The notes under the pieces: generated by a model | The model's input: only the letters and a program-made list of their open reading frames with translations | Database searches by the model: none | Told to the model about the DNA's origin: nothing | DNA from: Octopus sinensis | Taxonomy: Eukaryota | Reading direction: 5' to 3' | Assembly: GCF_006345805.1 (NCBI RefSeq) | Contig: NW_021825849.1 | Coordinates: forward strand, 1 to 14,146 | DNA length: 14,146 nt | Shown: positions 8,915 to 14,146 of the stretch, piece after piece | How the letters are laid out: each line of letters begins with the position of its first letter | Position numbering within the stretch: position 1 is the first letter of the stretch | Made by a program: the position numbers and the translations under genes

Positions 8915-9674
8915 TATTTCTTTATTGCCCACAAGGGGCTAAACATAGAGGGGACAAACAAGGACAGGCAAAGGGATTAAGTCGATTACATCGACCGCAG
9001 TGCGTAACTGGTACTTAATTTATCGACCCCGAAAGGATGAAAGGTAAAGTCGATCTCGGCGGAATTTGAACTCAGAACGTAACGGCAGACGAAATACCTA
9101 TTCTTACAACCACAACGGGTAAGGGCTAAACATAGAGGGGACAAACAAGGACAGACAAACGGATTAAGTCGATTACATCGACCCCCAGTGGGTAACTGGT
9201 GCTTAATTTATCGACTCCGAAAGGATGAAAGGCAAAGTCGACTTCGGCGGAATTTGAACTCAGAACGTAACGGTAGATGAAATACCTATTTCTTTATTAC
9301 CCACAAGAGGCTAAACACAGAGGGGACAAACATGGACAGACAAAGGGATTAAGTCGATTATATCGACCCAAGTGCGTAACTGGTGCTTAATTTATCGACT
9401 CCGAAAGAATGAAAAGCAAAGTCGACCTCGGCGGAATTTGAACTCAGAACGTAACGGCAGACGAAATACCTATTTCTTTACTACCCACAAGGGGCTAAAC
9501 ACAGAGGGGACAAACAAGGACAGACAAAGGTATTAAGTCGATTATATCGACCCAAGTGCGTAACTGGTGCTTAGTTTATCGACCCCGAAAGGATGAAAGG
9601 CAAAGTCGACCTCGGCGGAATTTGAACTCAGAACGTAACGGCAGACGAAAATACCGCTAAGCATTTCGCCCGGC
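8915..9674 (-). mobile_element. Tetrameric family 1 SINE: four 184-188 bp units plus a truncated head, with a 16-bp TSD
   Basis: Units at 8915-9098, 9099-9286, 9287-9470 and 9471-9655; head remnant at 9656-9674. AAAGAGTAAAAATATA occurs at both 8899-8914 and 9675-9690. Confidence 0.92.
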
Positions 9675-9914
9675 AAAGAGTAAAAATATAATTGCGAAAC
9701 GTAAAACTAAAGCGTAGATTCAGCTGACATTTTAAACGAAGTTATTTCGGTAGTTTGTTTCGAGGGAAGTCTGTCTGCGCGTTTATATACGTATGTGATT
9801 ATTTTCAAGTCCACGCATTTGTTATGAATGGATGCCTTACTTTTGTTGCTAAGTGCTGTCTGTTTGTCTGTCTGGTTCTATGTCTACATGTATGTTTGTA
9901 TGAATGTATGTATG

Positions 9915-10301
9915 TAGTGTCGGATTTAGGACAAATGAGGCCATATTCTAGTTAATTTGTGAGGCCCCTTACTTGGATAGGTGCGCCGTTGACCAGGGGC
10001 TCCTTACAGTGCCCCCTGGTCAACAGGACCCTGTGCTTAAGCACACCCAAGCACAATGGTAAATCCGGCGAGCTGGCAGAATCGTTAGCACACTGGGCTA
10101 AATGCGTAGCCATATTTCGTCTGTCGTAACGTTCTGAGTTCAAATTCCGCCGAGGTCGACTTTGCCTTTCATCCTTTCGGTGTCGCTAAATTAAGGACCA
10201 GTTACGCACTGGCGTCGATGTAATCGACTTAATCCGTTTGTCTGTCCTTGTTTGTCATCTCTGTGTTTAGCAACTTATGGGTAGTAAAGAAATAGGTACT
10301 G
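9915..10301. mobile_element. About 160-bp MITE (hAT-like) interrupted by a SINE
   Basis: Left end TAGTGTCGGATTTA (9915-9928). The right end rejoined from 10060-10069 + 10298-10301 gives TAAATCCGGCACTG, a 12/14 inverted match. TATGTATG flanks both sides. Confidence 0.6.
10067..10297 (+). mobile_element. Monomeric family 1 SINE with full tRNA-like head and tail A
   Basis: GGCGAGCTGGCAGAATCGTTAG ... GAGTTCAAATTCC ... GTAAAGAAATAGGT; an inverted homologue of the 8915-9674 units. Confidence 0.92.
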
Positions 10302-10315
10302 TATGTATGTATGTT

Positions 10316-10347
<32 letters not shown>

Positions 10348-10520
10348 TGTATGTATGTATGTATGTATGTATGCATGTCATTATTCAGTTTATTTCAAGA
10401 TTTCTTGCCTATAGAGAAAGAACCGGTTTCTAACCTAGACCAAAGGCTCCTTCATTGGAATTTCAACAACAACAGGGTATTTTTTATGTATGTATGTATG
10501 TATGTATGTATGTATGTATG

Positions 10521-11100
10521 TGCAGATTTGTATGTTTTATGTATGTATTCTCATGCATATAGTTGCATAGCAAGACATGCTCATATATATTTAAATGATA
10601 AACTTCTGGAAAGTTTTACAGACTTTTACAGTTCCAGTGATGGATTGGATCTGTAGTCTTCGAATTAGCTTTCTCCTTTCTGGTTTTGAGAAGCCTTATT
10701 TCTCAAGATTGGTATTTAGACAGTGTATTACATATCCCAATGCCCCCAATAATTACACGTGTAACATGTATGTATGTATGTAGTAGTATGTATGTATGTA
10801 TGTAGTATGTATGTATGTATGTGTATGTATGTATGTATGTATGTATGTATGTGCAGATTTGTATGTTTTATGTATGTATTCTCATGAAAAGTTGCATAGC
10901 AAGACATGCTCATATATATTTAAACGATAAACTTCTGGAAAGTTTTTTACGACTTTTACAGTTTTCCAGTGATGGATGGGATCTGTAGTCTTCGAATTAG
11001 CTTTCTCCTTTCTGGTTTTGAGAAACCTAATTTCTCAAGATTGGTATTTAGACAGTGTATTACATATCCCAATGCCCCCAATAATTACACGTGTAACATG
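10521..11100. repeat. Direct duplication of an about 250-bp unit, period 331 bp, separated and flanked by (TATG)n
   Basis: 10521-10768 and 10852-11100 align end to end with a few substitutions and small indels. Confidence 0.95.
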
Positions 11101-11404
11101 TATGTATGTATGTATGTATGTATGTATGTATGTATGTATGTATGTATGTATGTATGTATGTATGTATGTGTCTTTTCGAATATAAATGTGTGTTGTTACT
11201 TCGGCGTTGCTTTAATCGTCTTTGTCATTCAGAAAAAAGGTGACAATGTTCCGTAACACGTTGGTATAATAACGAAAATAATCAGGTTTTAGGGTTGCCG
11301 TAATCAGATTTGCAGGAAAATATTTTAAGCGCGAGAGTTTGCATTCGAGAGTACGCAAGTTAAAAAACATTGTATCTCGACTATGAAGTGATTTGTTATA
11401 AGTA

Positions 11405-11581
11405 TCATCCTCCTCCTCCTCCTCCTCCTCCTCCTACCCTCTTGTAAAATATTCTTCTCCCCAACCCTCATAATCCCCCCCCCCCATCTTTCTCATCATC
11501 ATCATAACCACCACCATCGCCGCTGCCGCCACCACCAGCACCACCACCACCAGCACCACCACTAGCATCACCACCATCGCT

Positions 11582-11629
<48 letters not shown>

Positions 11630-12390
11630 AGCACCACCACCACCAGAACCACCACCGCCACCAGCACCACCACCACCTGCACCAGCACCAGCACCACCAC
11701 TAGCATTATCACCATCGCCGCCTTCGCCGCCTTCGCCGCCTTCGCCGCCTTCGCCGCCTTCGCCGCCAGCACCAGCACCATCACCACCATCACTACCATC
11801 ACCACCACCACCACCATTGCCGCCACCACCACCACCACCACCACCATCACCACCACCAGCTTCGCCACCGCCAATTTCACGCCACCTCGCTGCAACGCCA
11901 AGCAACACCGCCACGTCGGAATACCACTGTACAATAACCACCAAAAATACCCAACATCGATTCTTCCTCTACACCACACCCACCACACCACCACCCACCA
12001 ACCACAACCAACCCACCACCATCAACCACCACCACCACACCACCACCACCAAACACCCACCATCACCACCACACACCAACAACACCACCACCATCACCAC
12101 CACCACCACCACCACCACCACCACCATCACCACCACCACCACAGTACAACGACCACGTTATCGACGATGACGACGACGACGACGACGGCTAGAGTGGCCA
12201 TCACCAATATCAGCCCCCATCACTACTATCACTACCATCAACACCAACGTCATCACCACAAAACGCCATTAACGCCACCTTCGCCACCACCTCCATCATC
12301 GCCATCACCACCACCACTATCACCACCGCCACCACCAGCGCCGACGCCACCGCTATCTTCTCTCCCACCACCACCACCACCACCACCACC
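11405..12390. repeat. C-rich trinucleotide low-complexity region: (TCC)n, (CAC)n, (CGC)n, (CGCCGCCTT)n, (GAC)n
   Basis: Read directly. GC- and CpG-rich relative to the rest of the window. Confidence 0.9.
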
Positions 12391-12414
12391 ACTGTCTTTA
12401 CACAACTGCAATAT

Positions 12415-12470
12415 GTCACGTGATATTGATTATTCCCGAAAGACTCGGATGAATTGGAGCGGGGGCGGCG
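12415..12470. promoter_or_regulatory. Possible regulatory motif cluster (E-box, TTCCCGAAA, reverse CCAAT, GC box)
   Basis: GTCACGTGA 12415-12423, TTCCCGAAA 12433-12441, ATTGG 12453-12457, GGGGCGG 12462-12468. Short motifs only. Confidence 0.2.
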
Positions 12471-12515
12471 AGAGTGGGCCATGTGTGTGTGTGTGTGTGT
12501 GTAAGTACACGTACA

Positions 12516-12548
<33 letters not shown>

Positions 12549-12680
12549 GTGTATGAGACTGACCCTGTACGTTTCTGCATAATGCATGTGTATGTGTGTG
12601 CCACGAATATCTATATATATTTATATATACATACGTATGTATATATGTGTATTTGCATACATGGGAATGTTTGAGTATGT

Positions 12681-13335
12681 GTGTTTGTGTGTGTATGTAT
12701 GTATGTATGTATGTATGTAAGTATGTATGTGTGTATGTATGTATGTATGTATGTATGTATGTGTGTATTTATTATGTATGTATGTATGTCTGATGTGTGT
12801 ATTATGTATGTATGTATGTGTATGTATGTATTGTATGTATGTTGCATGTATGTATGTATGTATGTTGTATGTGTGTATGTATGTATGTATGTATGTATGT
12901 GTGTAATTTATGTATGTATGTATGTATGTATGTATGTATGTATGTGTGTATTATGTATGTATGTATGTATGTTGTTATTATTATTTATGTTAGTATTTAT
13001 GTATTTATGTATGTATGTATGTTGTATGTATGTATGTATGTATGTATGTATGCATGTATTTATGTATGTATATATGTATGTATTTATGTATGTATGTATG
13101 TGTGTATTTATGTATGTATGTATGTATGTATGTATGTATGTATGTATGTATGTGTGTATGTATGTATGTATGTATGTATGTACGTACTTACGTATGTATG
13201 TATGTGTAAGCCTGCAATGTATGTATGTGTGTATGTGTGCATGTATGTATGTATGTATGTATGTGTGTATGTATGTATGTACGTACTTACGTATGTATCT
13301 ATGTGTAAGCCTGCAATGTATGTATGTGTTTATGT
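12681..13335. repeat. Imperfect (TATG)n array
   Basis: Read directly from the sequence. Confidence 0.96.
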
Positions 13336-13554
13336 GCGAAGTAATATTGTCAAAAATAGAGCCATTAACAGCCTAATGATACGCACAGACAACCACACAC
13401 ACACTCACACGACCATACACACACACACACACACACCACACACAACACACACACATATATACACAGTAATATCTAGTTGAATCTATTGATCTAGAACATT
13501 CTATGTCACATTCCACAGCTATATGTCATTATACACACTCTTTACTTTACCTCC

Positions 13555-13680
13555 TATCACCACCATCACCACCACCACCACCACCACAGCCTTCATCACC
13601 ATCACCACCACCACTGCCTTCATCTCCGCTACCACCACCACTACTGTGGCACGACTGCCGCCCCCGTCATCGCCCTCACG
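13555..13680. repeat. (CAC/CAT)n low-complexity tract
   Basis: Read directly from the sequence. Confidence 0.8.
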
Positions 13681-13699
13681 TCTCTGACTGCCTTTTACT

Positions 13700-14146
13700 A
13701 TTACTACATCTTTCTCTCGTTTTCTCTCTCTCTCTTTCTGTCTTTTCTGTCTCTCTCTCTTTCTGTCTTTCTTTCTCTCTCTCTTTCTGTCTTTTCTCTC
13801 TCTCTCTCTCTCCCTTTCTCCCTCTCTCTTATTCTCTTCTCTCCTTTTCTTTCTTTTTACTTATTGCATCTATTCTTTCTTTCCTTTTCTACTATGTCGC
13901 CCTCCTCGACTACTCCCCCTCTCACTATGCAACACCTCCTCTTCATCACCACTCTCTCACCTCCATGCCTTCTCCCAACACCCTGCCACCATCTATCTAC
14001 TTCTCTACTATCCCTCCCCTGTTCCCCACCTCTCTCTCTCTCTCGCTCTCTCTCTCTCTCCATCACTTTCTCTCACCGCCACGCCGCGGTGTCTCTAACT
14101 ACCTTTCACCACAATTCATATTATTACCATCTCTTTGTCCTCTTTC
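13700..14146. repeat. Polypyrimidine (CT/CTTT) low-complexity tract
   Basis: Read directly from the sequence. Confidence 0.85.

Noticed and set aside
8915-9674. CRISPR-like regular array
   Set aside because: Whole units of about 184 bp repeat with no unique spacers, there are no cas genes, and the context is a eukaryotic SINE.
10067-10150. tRNA gene (also the heads at 925-971, 7061-7135 and 7677-7735)
   Set aside because: A/B boxes are present, but I could not build a cloverleaf, and each head continues into a SINE body or is an isolated fragment.
10381-10484. Segment resembling a dispersed cephalopod repeat
   Set aside because: Only one copy is in the window and it has no termini, so it cannot be supported without a database search.
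11290-11296. Telomeric TTAGGG
   Set aside because: A single hexamer, expected by chance.

Overview
Animal genomic DNA, dominated by repeats, with no intact gene. The repeat families and the very high microsatellite density look like an Octopus-type cephalopod; this is recognition from memory, not a database check. The window contains: (i) a dead Tc1/mariner transposon of the DD41D (rosa/Visitor) type with TIRs (1235-2582); (ii) at least nine tRNA-derived SINE copies or fragments, including a four-unit tandem SINE inserted as one block with a 16-bp TSD (8915-9674); (iii) three short TA-flanked repeats carrying a hammerhead-like motif of the kind found at Penelope-like element ends; (iv) a small hAT-like MITE whose right TIR is split by a SINE; (v) a microsatellite-bounded 331-bp tandem duplication; (vi) many simple repeats; and (vii) three candidate minus-strand exons (8614-8187) with compatible phases, probably the 3' end of a host gene. 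Nearly all supplied ORFs are microsatellite artefacts. The best leads for new biology are the multimeric, modular SINE and the non-canonical hammerhead-like motif. Both are hypotheses that need genome-wide and biochemical tests.
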